A program made the position numbers and the translations under genes. A stretch of 32,000 nt of DNA from Candidatus Methanoperedens sp. (GTDB lineage Archaea > Halobacteriota > Methanosarcinia > Methanosarcinales > Methanoperedenaceae), in the NCBI GenBank assembly GCA_041494705.1, contig JBGQBI010000002.1, positions 300,001 to 332,000 on the forward strand, written 5' to 3'. Numbering within the stretch: the stretch's first letter is position 1; each line of letters opens with the position of its first letter. The notes below the pieces were generated by a model. The model did no database searches and had not been told where the DNA came from. It saw only the letters and a list, made by a program, of their open reading frames with translations. Positions 1 to 8,517 of this stretch are shown piece by piece.

Positions 1-690
1 AACATCGTCCCTGAAATCGCCTTTCTTTTTCTTGCCTATGACCGGGTTGATGAACAGCCCGTCCACCATCGTGAGCGCGGATTTTTGCAGGTATTCATGA
101 CCGAGGTGCGCGACGTTTCGCGTCTGGAACCCTACTATTTTCTCCCAGCCTTTTTCTTTGAAAAGATTCCTTGTTTCTTCGGGCTTCATCGCATATTTAT
201 AATACGGCGTTTGTGATTCGTTTACAAGGCTTATTTTTCCGCCAAGCAGCGTGTCTTTCATTGAATAAGTCTTTGCAACGCCCGGGTGTGCAGCATCGTT
301 CGTCCCGAACACCTGCTCAGCATACGCTCTTTTGTCATAGCTGTATTTTTCATCGACCTGCATTACGGCCACAATATGGTCGCCATTTTTCAGGAGTATG
401 TCGTCCCCTTCTTTTATGTCGCTGTTGTCGGTATCAAGCACTATCGGAAGCGTCCAGGGAAGACCGTTTGAGAGGCGTTTATTATAGAGGATGCTTTCAT
501 ATTCCTCGCGGCAGTTGAAACCTTCAAGGGGACTGAACAGCCCTGAGGCAATGTTCTCTACATCTTTCATCAGGTCAACGCTGACAGGAACGCTCTGGTA
601 CTCGGAAGCCTGCCCGATTATCTTTTTCCGTTTCTGTTCAGTTAATGTCCTGTTGATTAACTTTCCGCCGTGAGGTTTTATTTGAGTCAT
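1..690 (-). CDS. sat: Sulfate adenylyltransferase (ATP sulfurylase), N-terminal 230 aa; the 3' end runs off the window
   Basis: Absent from the ORF track because the frame stays open to position 1. Reverse-complement translation from the ATG at 690-688 gives MTQIKPHGGKLINRTL...GFQTRNVAHLGHEYL...NPVIGKKKKGDFRDDV with no stop. GFQTRN-x2-H-x2-H and the GxxKxGD segment are ATP-sulfurylase signatures. Confidence 0.9.
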   Translation of the reverse strand, partial: MTQIKPHGGKLINRTLTEQKRKKIIGQASEYQSVPVSVDLMKDVENIASGLFSPLEGFNCREEYESILYNKRLSNGLPWTLPIVLDTDNSDIKEGDDILLKNGDHIVAVMQVDEKYSYDKRAYAEQVFGTNDAAHPGVAKTYSMKDTLLGGKISLVNESQTPYYKYAMKPEETRNLFKEKGWEKIVGFQTRNVAHLGHEYLQKSALTMVDGLFINPVIGKKKKGDFRDDV

Positions 691-718
691 TCTTATACCA
701 ACTAATCTTTAAAAAAAT

Positions 719-1438
719 TTATCTCTTCACATTCCCTGCATGCAGGCCGCATTCCTTCTTCGTAGCATCCTCCCACCACCAGCGCCCTTCGCGCTCATGC
801 TGCCCGGGAAGCACGGGTTTAGTACACGGCTCGCACCCGATGCTGACAAACCCCTTTTCATGCAGCTTGTTGTAAGGGACGTCGTTCTCGCGAATATAAT
901 CCCATACCTGTTTTGAAGTCCAGTTCGCAAGCGGGTTGAATTTAATGAGCTTGCCTGTCCCAAATGTCGGGTCTTTCTGGATGACGGGGACGGCCGCCCT
1001 CGTTCCAGGGCTCTGGTCTTTGCGCTGACCTGTTATCCAGGCATCCACAGTGTTGAGGGCGCGCTTGAGAGGGTCAACCTTGCGTACGTCGCAGCATTCT
1101 TTGTGGCCGTCCTTGCGGAACGAGAATAAACCTTTTTCCTTCACAAGCTTTTCTGTCGCATCCCGGTTTGCAAAGAACACTTCGATATTAATATTGTAGG
1201 TATTCCTGACCTCTTCAATGAACTGGTAAGTCTCAGGATGCAGGCGCCCGGTGTCAAGTGAAAAAACCCTGAAGTTTTTGCCTGTCTTTTTCGCCATGTC
1301 AATCAATACCACATCCTCAGCGCCGCTGAATGAGATTGCGATATTATTGAATATCCCAAGCGCCAATTCCAGGATTTCCTGCGGTGATTTATTCTCGTAT
1401 TCTTTTGCTAAATTTTCAATATCAAGTTGTTCTGACAT
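719..1438 (-). CDS. cysH: APS/PAPS reductase, CysH family; the Fe-S motifs indicate the APS-reducing type
   Basis: 239-aa ORF. It has the PAPS_reduct fold motifs, a C-terminal ECGLH catalytic motif, and the CC-x2-RK-x2-PL ([12 protein letters not shown]) and SxGC-x2-CT (SIGCEPCT) cysteine pairs typical of [4Fe-4S] APS reductases. It lies 28 nt upstream of sat on the same strand. Confidence 0.88.
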   Translation of the reverse strand: MSEQLDIENLAKEYENKSPQEILELALGIFNNIAISFSGAEDVVLIDMAKKTGKNFRVFSLDTGRLHPETYQFIEEVRNTYNINIEVFFANRDATEKLVKEKGLFSFRKDGHKECCDVRKVDPLKRALNTVDAWITGQRKDQSPGTRAAVPVIQKDPTFGTGKLIKFNPLANWTSKQVWDYIRENDVPYNKLHEKGFVSIGCEPCTKPVLPGQHEREGRWWWEDATKKECGLHAGNVKR

Positions 1439-1459
1439 TTATTATCCTTATCCTTATGC

Positions 1460-2317
1460 CTATCCTAATATCTGTTCCTTGAATTTCTCAAATCCCACGC
1501 GGTCAAGGCAGTCCCCGAACCTCTCGCCGATGTTGGTGTTTTTCTTTGACCAGTTGATTATTTTCCTAAATATGGCAACAGCTTCATCAGCGGATTTTGC
1601 TTCTGTCAATTCCACTCCGAGTTTGGGATGTTTTCCAATCTTCCCTCCGACAAAGAGCTTATAGCCTTTCCATTCCTCGTTAATGAGGTCGGAAGGGCAT
1701 GTTCCCACACAGGCGCCGCACAGGTTGCATTTGTCCCAGATGATTTTTGCTTTATCATCCTCCACAACGATGGCTTTTTCGGGGCACATGAATGTGCACG
1801 TCCCGCAGCCTGTGCATTCTTCAGTAAAAATGGCAGGTTTGAGTATCCCCATCACGCCGAGGTCGTTTTCCTGCGGCTTGGCGCAGGCGTTGGGGCATCC
1901 TGTAACCGCGAATTTTATCTTTACTGGCATGTCCTCCCCGAAGAATTCCTTATCCAGTATTCCGGCAAGCCCATAGGTGTCTATGATGCCGTAATTACAT
2001 TCGAGATTCCCGGGGCATGAAATGATATTACGCACACGCGGTCCGCAAGAGCCGGGCGGTGTGCCGTTGTCTTCAAGCTCTTTTGTGATTGCATCGAGGT
2101 TATGGATATCCACGTTGGGGATTTGTAGCCCCTGCCTTGTGGTGATATGAACATAGCCTGTGCCGTATTTCTTTGCAATTTCGCTGATTCCCGCAAGCTG
2201 CTCGCAGGTAACGTTGCCGCATGGCATGCGAAGCCTGACCACGAAAAGGTCTTTTTGCTTCTGTTTCATGTAACCGGATTTTTTTAAGAGAGCTACGTCA
2301 AGTTTTTCAAGCGTCAT
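1460..2317 (-). CDS. Small siroheme-type sulfite/nitrite reductase-like protein with an inserted 2x[4Fe-4S] ferredoxin domain (Dsr-like / Fsr-C-like)
   Basis: 285-aa ORF. Siroheme-[4Fe-4S] coupling motif C-x5-C (CPGNLEC) ... C-x3-C (CPNAC). Two ferredoxin motifs, CTGCGTCTFMCP and CNLCGACVGTCP. AGGAAG Shine-Dalgarno sequence before the ATG. It is 21 nt upstream of cysH. Confidence 0.8.
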   Translation of the reverse strand: MTLEKLDVALLKKSGYMKQKQKDLFVVRLRMPCGNVTCEQLAGISEIAKKYGTGYVHITTRQGLQIPNVDIHNLDAITKELEDNGTPPGSCGPRVRNIISCPGNLECNYGIIDTYGLAGILDKEFFGEDMPVKIKFAVTGCPNACAKPQENDLGVMGILKPAIFTEECTGCGTCTFMCPEKAIVVEDDKAKIIWDKCNLCGACVGTCPSDLINEEWKGYKLFVGGKIGKHPKLGVELTEAKSADEAVAIFRKIINWSKKNTNIGERFGDCLDRVGFEKFKEQILG

Positions 2318-2446
2318 GATGCTTCCTGATATTTCTGAATGATATTTAAATTGTGGGTTGGCTAAACTCGTTGAGGTTTAAATATACCTGATGGATGCGG
2401 CAATATTTGTTAATAAATATAGTCAAGTTCATAAATAACCAAATCT

Positions 2447-2510
2447 GACAGGATTAACAGGATGAACTGGATTTTGTAATATTTTATCCAGTCAATCCTG
2501 TTATCCCGTC
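2447..2510. repeat. Long imperfect palindrome (about 25-bp arms, 13-nt AT-rich spacer) in the sir / ala-dehydrogenase divergent intergenic region
   Basis: Left arm GACAGGATTAACAGGATGAACTGGAT (2447-2472). The reverse complement of the right arm (2486-2510) is GACGGGATAACAGGATTGACTGGAT. That is 22 of 26 positions matching, with one 1-nt gap. Confidence 0.75.
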
Positions 2511-2619
2511 CGAAAAATTGCTAAAGTGACATGCATAAAATTATGTGAATTTAAGAACCATGCTATAGCATATTATTTATCAGATTATTGCCATATTCTG
2601 TAAAAAGGGGCATTTATTT

Positions 2620-3606
2620 ATGGAAAACCAAATTCTCTGGCTCAACCGTAACGAAGTGGAATCGCTTCTCGACATGAGAGGCGCACTTGCAGTAGTGGAA
2701 GAGGCGTTCAGGCAGCACGGTCTTAAGAAAGTCCAGATGCCGCCCAAGTTATATCTCTATTTCAAAAAGCATAACGGCGACCTGAGGACGATGCCAGCAT
2801 ATCTTGAAGAGCAGGACATTACAGGTGTCAAGATAGTGAACGTCCATCCTGACAACCCCAAAAAAGGCTTGCCGACGGTGATGGCGCTCGTTATCCTGAA
2901 TTCAACCGAAACAGGCGCGCCGATTGCGGTAATGGACGGCACTTACCTGACCGATATGAGAACAGGCGCAGCCGGTGGGGTAGCTGTGAAATACCTGGCG
3001 CGCAGGACTGCGAAAACAGTGGGTTTTGTGGGAACGGGGAACCAGGCAAGGACGCAGCTTCTTGCAATAAATGAAGTGATAGATATTGATGAAATTAAAG
3101 CCACGAGCGCATCTGAGAAAAGTACGCTTGCGTTTAAGGATGATATGGAAATAAGAATAGAGTGTGAAATTACAGCTAAAAAAAACATTAGAGAAGTTTG
3201 CGATTGTGATATTCTCGTAACTACAACGCCTTCAAGAGAACCAATTGTAATGAACGACTGGATATCCGAAGGGACTCATATCAATGCGATAGGAGCGGAT
3301 GCGGCGGGTAAAGAGGAACTTGACCCGATGATATTGAAGCGCGCTAAAATAGTGGTGGATGACCTTCCCCAGGCTTCGCATTCGGGCGAGGTTAATGTGC
3401 CGCTGTCAAAGGGATTGATTTCGGAAAAGGATATTTTTTGCGAGCTTGGCGAGGTAATTACCGGGAAGAAAAAGGCAAGAACGAGGGATTCTGACATCAC
3501 GGTTTTTGATTCGACAGGGCTTGCTATACAGGATGTGGCGACTGCGAATATGGTGTATCAGAAGGCGCTTGAGAGAAAAATGGGTATCAAGTTACAGCAA
3601 TTCTGA
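2620..3606 (+). CDS. Ornithine cyclodeaminase / mu-crystallin family protein, archaeal alanine-dehydrogenase-like
   Basis: 328-aa ORF. OCD/mu-crystallin layout with the Rossmann motif VGFVGTGNQA, and TDMRTGAAGG and NAIGAD segments as in Archaeoglobus-type AlaDH. A T-run (ttattttt) follows the stop. Confidence 0.8.
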   Translation: MENQILWLNRNEVESLLDMRGALAVVEEAFRQHGLKKVQMPPKLYLYFKKHNGDLRTMPAYLEEQDITGVKIVNVHPDNPKKGLPTVMALVILNSTETGAPIAVMDGTYLTDMRTGAAGGVAVKYLARRTAKTVGFVGTGNQARTQLLAINEVIDIDEIKATSASEKSTLAFKDDMEIRIECEITAKKNIREVCDCDILVTTTPSREPIVMNDWISEGTHINAIGADAAGKEELDPMILKRAKIVVDDLPQASHSGEVNVPLSKGLISEKDIFCELGEVITGKKKARTRDSDITVFDSTGLAIQDVATANMVYQKALERKMGIKLQQF

Positions 3607-3781
3607 TCATTGTTATTTTTGCTAACGTTTCCGTTCCAAAAGAACTCCCGAAGGTTTTGGACGGTCAAAAATAGGTGTATTGATTAACTTCTTCATATGT
3701 ATTTCAGTATATTTATTTTATATTCAAGTCTTTTTCAAATGTCTTTGCTCACCAATTCTCCGCCCTGCATATCTGCCGTAG

Positions 3782-4810
3782 TTATTGATTCTCATTTTTT
3801 GCATTTTCAGATAAATATTTCTTTACCATCCTATCAAAGTCAGATTCAAAGCGTTTATCCTGCTCTACACGGAAACTTTCAAACTCTTTTTCCGCCAGCG
3901 CCACCGCCACTTCATGCGATACATTGCCTGCGTTTTGTAAAATATCCTGCTCATTGAACTTGAGAAAAGCATCGAGTTTCTCGCTCCAATCCCGCATATA
4001 CATGGGCTTTCCCCGGCTTGCCTGAAATTCAGCGTAATCTATGTACATACTCACAATTCTGTTAAGTTTATCCAATTCCTCTTTTTGCAGGTAGTTTTTA
4101 GCAATTTGGATATCGCCGGGAATAATCTTGCCTTTGGGTGATTTTCGCCAACTGGTAAGTCCCATGTTCGGTTTATTCTTATCTGCGCGTGAGGCAATAA
4201 TTTCCGCTGCGGTCTGTCCGGTAATTGCAAAATGAAGTTTGTTCTGGACGGCAGCAAAAAACTTTTCTGCTTGTGCGGTATGTGGCGAATAATCAATGGC
4301 TGTAGCATAAATGTCTGTGATTTTTTGATACGCCATGCGCTCACTTGCACGAATCTCGCGAATTTCTTCCAAAAGCTCATCAAAATATCGCGTTTCAAAG
4401 CGGGTACCATGCTTGAATCTCTCGCTGTCAATAGCAAAACCTTTCAAAATGTAACCCTTTAATTTATCTGTAGCCCATATACGAAATTGGGTGCCGCGCT
4501 CAGAATTCACCCTGTAACCAACAGCAATAATCGCCTCAAGGCTGTACCAGCTAATCTTTCGATTGACCTCTCTATCGCCTTCTATTTGAACTACCGAGGA
4601 TTCCTCGGTAGTTGATCTTTTATCTAACTCACCTTCGGCAAATATGTTTTTAAGATGAAAAGAAATATTGTCCGTTGAGCAATCAAAGAGTTCAGCCATG
4701 AGTTTTTGTGTCAGCCAGACGTTTTCATGTTCAAAACGTACTTCTATCCGGGCTTTGCCATCTTCGGTTTCATATATGGTGATTTGATTGTTCAACTTAT
4801 CTTTACTCAT
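3782..4810 (-). CDS. rhuM: RhuM-family protein (Virulence_RhuM; Fic/DOC-related accessory protein)
   Basis: 342-aa ORF. It looks collinear with RhuM proteins as I recall them: TEDGKARIEVRFEHENVWLTQKLMAELF, NIFAEGEL, VGYRVNSERGTQFRIWAT, YFDELLEEIREIRASE, FFAAVQNKLHFA, NMGLTSW, IAKNYL. The gene is AT-rich relative to its neighbours. Confidence 0.88.
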   Translation of the reverse strand: MSKDKLNNQITIYETEDGKARIEVRFEHENVWLTQKLMAELFDCSTDNISFHLKNIFAEGELDKRSTTEESSVVQIEGDREVNRKISWYSLEAIIAVGYRVNSERGTQFRIWATDKLKGYILKGFAIDSERFKHGTRFETRYFDELLEEIREIRASERMAYQKITDIYATAIDYSPHTAQAEKFFAAVQNKLHFAITGQTAAEIIASRADKNKPNMGLTSWRKSPKGKIIPGDIQIAKNYLQKEELDKLNRIVSMYIDYAEFQASRGKPMYMRDWSEKLDAFLKFNEQDILQNAGNVSHEVAVALAEKEFESFRVEQDKRFESDFDRMVKKYLSENAKNENQ

Positions 4811-4858
4811 AGTTTTATTCTCTTGCGGTTCTCTCTAATCAACTCATTAAGTATTTTA

Positions 4859-5170
4859 TCAGACATCTTCAATAAAAATCACTTTTACAGATTCCGTTAT
4901 GACCCTGCCTTTATGTTTATGCTCTGCCCCATCTGGAATAAATACACCGTCTCCTTTTTTATATATTATTTTCTCATTCGGGTATTCAATTTCCATTTCA
5001 CCTTCAAGAATCATGCCATAGTGACCTTTTTCGCACCAGTGTGGTGGCATTTCTTTTGTGTATTCTATAAGCCGCATTTGTTTGTTGTTATGATTATATT
5101 TTTTATATTTCACTCCTTCTATTGGAGATTCCCATTCAATATTATTAAAGTTAATCTTATATTGAAGCAT
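4859..5170 (-). CDS. Cupin-domain protein (cupin_2-like), function unknown
   Basis: 103-aa ORF with the two cupin metal motifs (PPHWCEKGHYGMILEGE and GVFIPDGAEHKH). AT-rich, and 48 nt upstream of rhuM on the same strand. Confidence 0.7.
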   Translation of the reverse strand: MLQYKINFNNIEWESPIEGVKYKKYNHNNKQMRLIEYTKEMPPHWCEKGHYGMILEGEMEIEYPNEKIIYKKGDGVFIPDGAEHKHKGRVITESVKVIFIEDV

Positions 5171-5338
5171 TTCTATCCCTCATTAATTTTTTTGTATCTG
5201 CTTAAGTTCTATATTAAATTGACCTTCTCATTTCCCTCACTTTCATGAAGAGTTCATAGACTACTTTTTATGCGTTCTGCGAACCAAAACCTTTAATCCC
5301 AAATAAAAACACTAACCGAATATAGGAGATAAAAAATC

Positions 5339-5548
5339 ATGGTAGTAAAAAAATACGAAGCCACTGTGACCATTGAAATTGATGAAGAAAAATGCAACGC
5401 TGACGGCGAATGCGTCAACGTCTGCCCGACAAATGTTTTTGAAATCGTGGATGGCAAATCAAAAGCGACACGAGTGGCAGACTGCATCGAATGCTGCGCA
5501 TGCGTGGACGCATGTCCCGTAAAGGCCATCAAACACAGTTCATGCTAA
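5339..5548 (+). CDS. Small ferredoxin, one complete and one incomplete Cys cluster motif
   Basis: 69-aa ORF. CIECCACVDACP is a full CxxCxxCxxxCP motif. The first motif, CNADGECVNVCP, lacks one Cys, which may mean a [3Fe-4S] site. GGAG Shine-Dalgarno sequence upstream. Confidence 0.8.
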   Translation: MVVKKYEATVTIEIDEEKCNADGECVNVCPTNVFEIVDGKSKATRVADCIECCACVDACPVKAIKHSSC

Positions 5549-5626
5549 CGTCCAACTCTTAACCGCAAAGCAGGTTTTTCAGGTGCGGCAAGCATATCTT
5601 ACTTTTTCAATATCATAGCTTTTCTT

Positions 5627-6256
5627 TCAATTTTTTTGAAATAAGGTATAGATGTATTGCCTCGGCTCCCCGGAAGGCATATAATGCGTATAATCAAAAT
5701 ATTCAAGCATGCTAAAATCCTCTCCCAGGAATTTTGCCAGCATGTTCTGGTCATAATTTTTAACATCCAGACCGCTGCATTTCTTTGCACCCTTTAACGA
5801 AAAGGCGGCGATAATAACATAACCGCCTTTTTTAATCACTTTCTTTAGCGTAGATAAATACATGCGCTGCTGGCTCTCTTCTAATAAAAAATGTAATACT
5901 GCCCTATCATGCCACACAGCAATATCTCTTAAATTCCGAATATGAATCGGTTTGGTAATATCATCTACTATCCATCTTACCAGGGAGGCTTTTTCTTTAC
6001 CCAATCTTTCTTTTAGCTTATCCAGAGCTATTTCACTTATGTCGGTAGCAATGATATTACTGAATCCCTGGTTAATGAGATAATCAACAAGCATTGACGC
6101 ACCTGCCCCCACATCTAATATTGACTCGTCTTTAGTTATATTGCATTTAGATAGTAATTTTATAGAGGCTTCAGGTATTTCTTCATACCAAGTCAGCTCA
6201 TCTGCATCTAATGCCTCATAAATTTCATCCCAGTGTTCTTTCATTGAGCCATTCAT
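5627..6256 (-). CDS. Class I SAM-dependent methyltransferase (TPMT/TehB-like)
   Basis: 209-aa ORF. SAM motif I ILDVGAGASMLVDYL, an acidic motif II (ATDIS), and motif IV-like VIIAAF. Confidence 0.8.
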   Translation of the reverse strand: MNGSMKEHWDEIYEALDADELTWYEEIPEASIKLLSKCNITKDESILDVGAGASMLVDYLINQGFSNIIATDISEIALDKLKERLGKEKASLVRWIVDDITKPIHIRNLRDIAVWHDRAVLHFLLEESQQRMYLSTLKKVIKKGGYVIIAAFSLKGAKKCSGLDVKNYDQNMLAKFLGEDFSMLEYFDYTHYMPSGEPRQYIYTLFQKN

Positions 6257-6331
6257 TATGTTATTAATAATTTATGTCTCACTTATAACGGTTTCCTTCA
6301 ATTTCCGCAATCACAAGCATATAGATATATT

Positions 6332-7360
6332 ATGATTTCCCAAATAGCTGTTTGTATGGTTAAGAAAGTCAGAGCTTCGATGGGAACCCTGGGCGTCCTG
6401 GGACTTGAGCTTGTGCAGATGGATACGCCGCCCACGACTGCGTACCTTCAGATTTACACCGAAAAACGGTGCATGGCGAACTGCCGGTTTTGCGCCCAGG
6501 CAAAAGGCTCATCCGCAGACATGACCCACATTGCCCGTGGCATGTATGTACCCGCCGACCTTGAAGCAGTAGTCATGCGGCTCGGGATGGCTTATGAGCG
6601 AGGCTACCTTGCCCGCGCCTGCATCCAGACGGCGCTTTATGATAAGTGGTGGGAGGATACCGTTTATTTAATCAGAAGTATCAGAAGTGAAAGCCGGATT
6701 CCCATATCGCTTTCGGTTTTTCCGCTGAGTACGGAGCGTTTTGAAGAATTAAAAAAAATTGGCGTTGATGAACTTGTTATACCTCTTGATGCCTGTACGC
6801 CTGAATTATTTGACAAAATAAAAGGAAAAAGCGCAGGCGGGCCATACTCATGGGAACGCCATGTGGACGGGTTAAAACGCGCCGCCCGCATATTTGGAAA
6901 AGTAGGAACCCATCTTATGCTCGGTCTCGGAGAAAGCGATGAGGATGCAGTAAGGATAATTTCGGAATTACACAGGGATAATGTGAACATCGCGCTTTTT
7001 TCATATACATATATTCCGGGTTCCCTGGGCAATTTCAGGGATAAAACCGAAAGTAGCGTTATCAAACATTACCGCGCTGTGCAGCTTGCACGTTATCTGA
7101 TTCTGGAAGGATTTGCTGCCTTTTCTGATATGCGATTCGAAAACGGCTTTCTCGTTGATTTCGGAGTGAAATACGATGTGATTCTTGAGGCCATTGAGAA
7201 TGGAGTGGCTTTCCAGACCTCAGGCTGCCCTGACTGCAATCGACCCATGGCGAATGAAACTTTCTCAAAGATATATAATTTCCCGAAAAAACCGGATGAC
7301 GAAGAAATAGTGGGAATAAAGAAGGATCTGGGGTTGGCTGACCGGATACCACAATCTTAA
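6332..7360 (+). CDS. Radical SAM protein, BioB/LipA-like fold, function unknown
   Basis: 342-aa ORF. C-x3-C-x2-C (CMANCRFC), GLGESDED as in the BioB family, and a C-terminal SGCPDCNRP pair. The start is uncertain: ATGs at 6332, 6356 and 6380 are all in frame. Confidence 0.78.
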   Translation: MISQIAVCMVKKVRASMGTLGVLGLELVQMDTPPTTAYLQIYTEKRCMANCRFCAQAKGSSADMTHIARGMYVPADLEAVVMRLGMAYERGYLARACIQTALYDKWWEDTVYLIRSIRSESRIPISLSVFPLSTERFEELKKIGVDELVIPLDACTPELFDKIKGKSAGGPYSWERHVDGLKRAARIFGKVGTHLMLGLGESDEDAVRIISELHRDNVNIALFSYTYIPGSLGNFRDKTESSVIKHYRAVQLARYLILEGFAAFSDMRFENGFLVDFGVKYDVILEAIENGVAFQTSGCPDCNRPMANETFSKIYNFPKKPDDEEIVGIKKDLGLADRIPQS

Positions 7361-7405
7361 TTTACTAACCAACCAAAATTAGATTATCAATGGGAGAGGA
7401 AATCA

Positions 7406-8515
7406 ATGGAAATTACTGAAAAAATCTTCGAATTTACTGATGAAATCGGTCCTGAAAAAATTGTCCATCTATACGAACCAAGAACAAAAATGAAAGCCAT
7501 TGTTGTTGTTGATAATGTGGCTGCAGGTCCTGCTATCGGGGGAGTGCGTATGGCGCCTGATGTGACCACGACCGAGGTCCGAAGGCTTGCCCGTGCCATG
7601 ACTTACAAAAACGTCATGGCTGGTCTTCCACATGGCGGCGGAAAATCAGGGATTATAGCCGACCCTAAGACCGCAAACAGGGAACAGCTAATCAGGACTT
7701 TTGCCCGCGGAATAAAAAACCTCCTGGAATATATCCCCGGCCCGGATATGGGCACAGATGAAGCGAGCATGGCATATATCTATGATGAAATTTCCCGTGC
7801 CGTAGGGCTCCCAAGAGAGCTGGGCGGGATTCCTCTTGATGAAATAGGCGCTACGGGATACGGAGTTGCTGTGTGCGCCGATATAGCAAAGGATTATATC
7901 AATCTTGACCTGAACGGGGCGCGGCTCACTATCGAAGGGTTCGGGAACGTGGGAAAACCGACGGCGCGTTTTCTTTCAGAAATGGGTATGATTCTCGTTG
8001 GTACAAGTGACTCAAAAGGCGCAATTTATAATTCAAAAGGATTGGATATCGAAGAACTGGTACGGATAAAGGAAACCACAGGTTCGGTTACAAATTATAA
8101 AGACGCGGAAGTTCTAAAAACCACTGACTTGCTTACGGTAAGTACTGATATTTTCATCCCCGCGGCGCGTCCTGATGTGATAAACGAAGCAAACTCGGAT
8201 GTTCTGGATGCAAAATTAGTTATCGAAGGTGCAAATATCCCGGTTACTGAAAATGCAGAAAAGATGCTTCATGACAGGGGAATCCTTGTCGTCCCCGATT
8301 TTGTAGCAAATGCCGGCGGAGTGATAACGGCGTCTGTCGAATATCATGGAGGTACAGAGACTGTAGCGCTTGACAGGATTAAAAGCACCATTTCCAGGAA
8401 CACCAAGGAGATTCTTGACAAGGTATACAACGAAAAAACTTATCCCAGGGAAACCGCAATCGGTATTGCAAAACAAAGGGTAATGCGGGCAATGAAATAC
8501 AGGGAATGGATGTAG
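7406..8515 (+). CDS. Glu/Leu/Phe/Val dehydrogenase superfamily, short Leu/Val-dehydrogenase-like form
   Basis: 369-aa ORF. GPAIGGVRM...RLARAMTYKNVMAGLPHGGGKSGII resembles LeuDH (GGGKxVI) rather than the GDH KGG motif, and the length also fits LeuDH. Rossmann motif GFGNVG. GGAGAGG Shine-Dalgarno sequence upstream. Confidence 0.85.
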   Translation: MEITEKIFEFTDEIGPEKIVHLYEPRTKMKAIVVVDNVAAGPAIGGVRMAPDVTTTEVRRLARAMTYKNVMAGLPHGGGKSGIIADPKTANREQLIRTFARGIKNLLEYIPGPDMGTDEASMAYIYDEISRAVGLPRELGGIPLDEIGATGYGVAVCADIAKDYINLDLNGARLTIEGFGNVGKPTARFLSEMGMILVGTSDSKGAIYNSKGLDIEELVRIKETTGSVTNYKDAEVLKTTDLLTVSTDIFIPAARPDVINEANSDVLDAKLVIEGANIPVTENAEKMLHDRGILVVPDFVANAGGVITASVEYHGGTETVALDRIKSTISRNTKEILDKVYNEKTYPRETAIGIAKQRVMRAMKYREWM

Positions 8516-8517
8516 TA

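Noticed and set aside
171-673. Plus-strand track ORFs 171-518, 286-471 and 491-673 at the left edge.
   Set aside because: The region is fully explained by the minus-strand sat gene, which is open to position 1 and therefore missing from the track. The plus-strand products are Arg/Cys/Phe-rich noise.
2318-2446. Possible C/D-box sRNA (AATGATAT ... CTGA-like elements) or small ORFs in the sir / ala-dehydrogenase spacer.
   Set aside because: The C box is not canonical (no RUGAUGA), there is no properly spaced D box or terminal stem, and the ORFs there are 15 codons or fewer.
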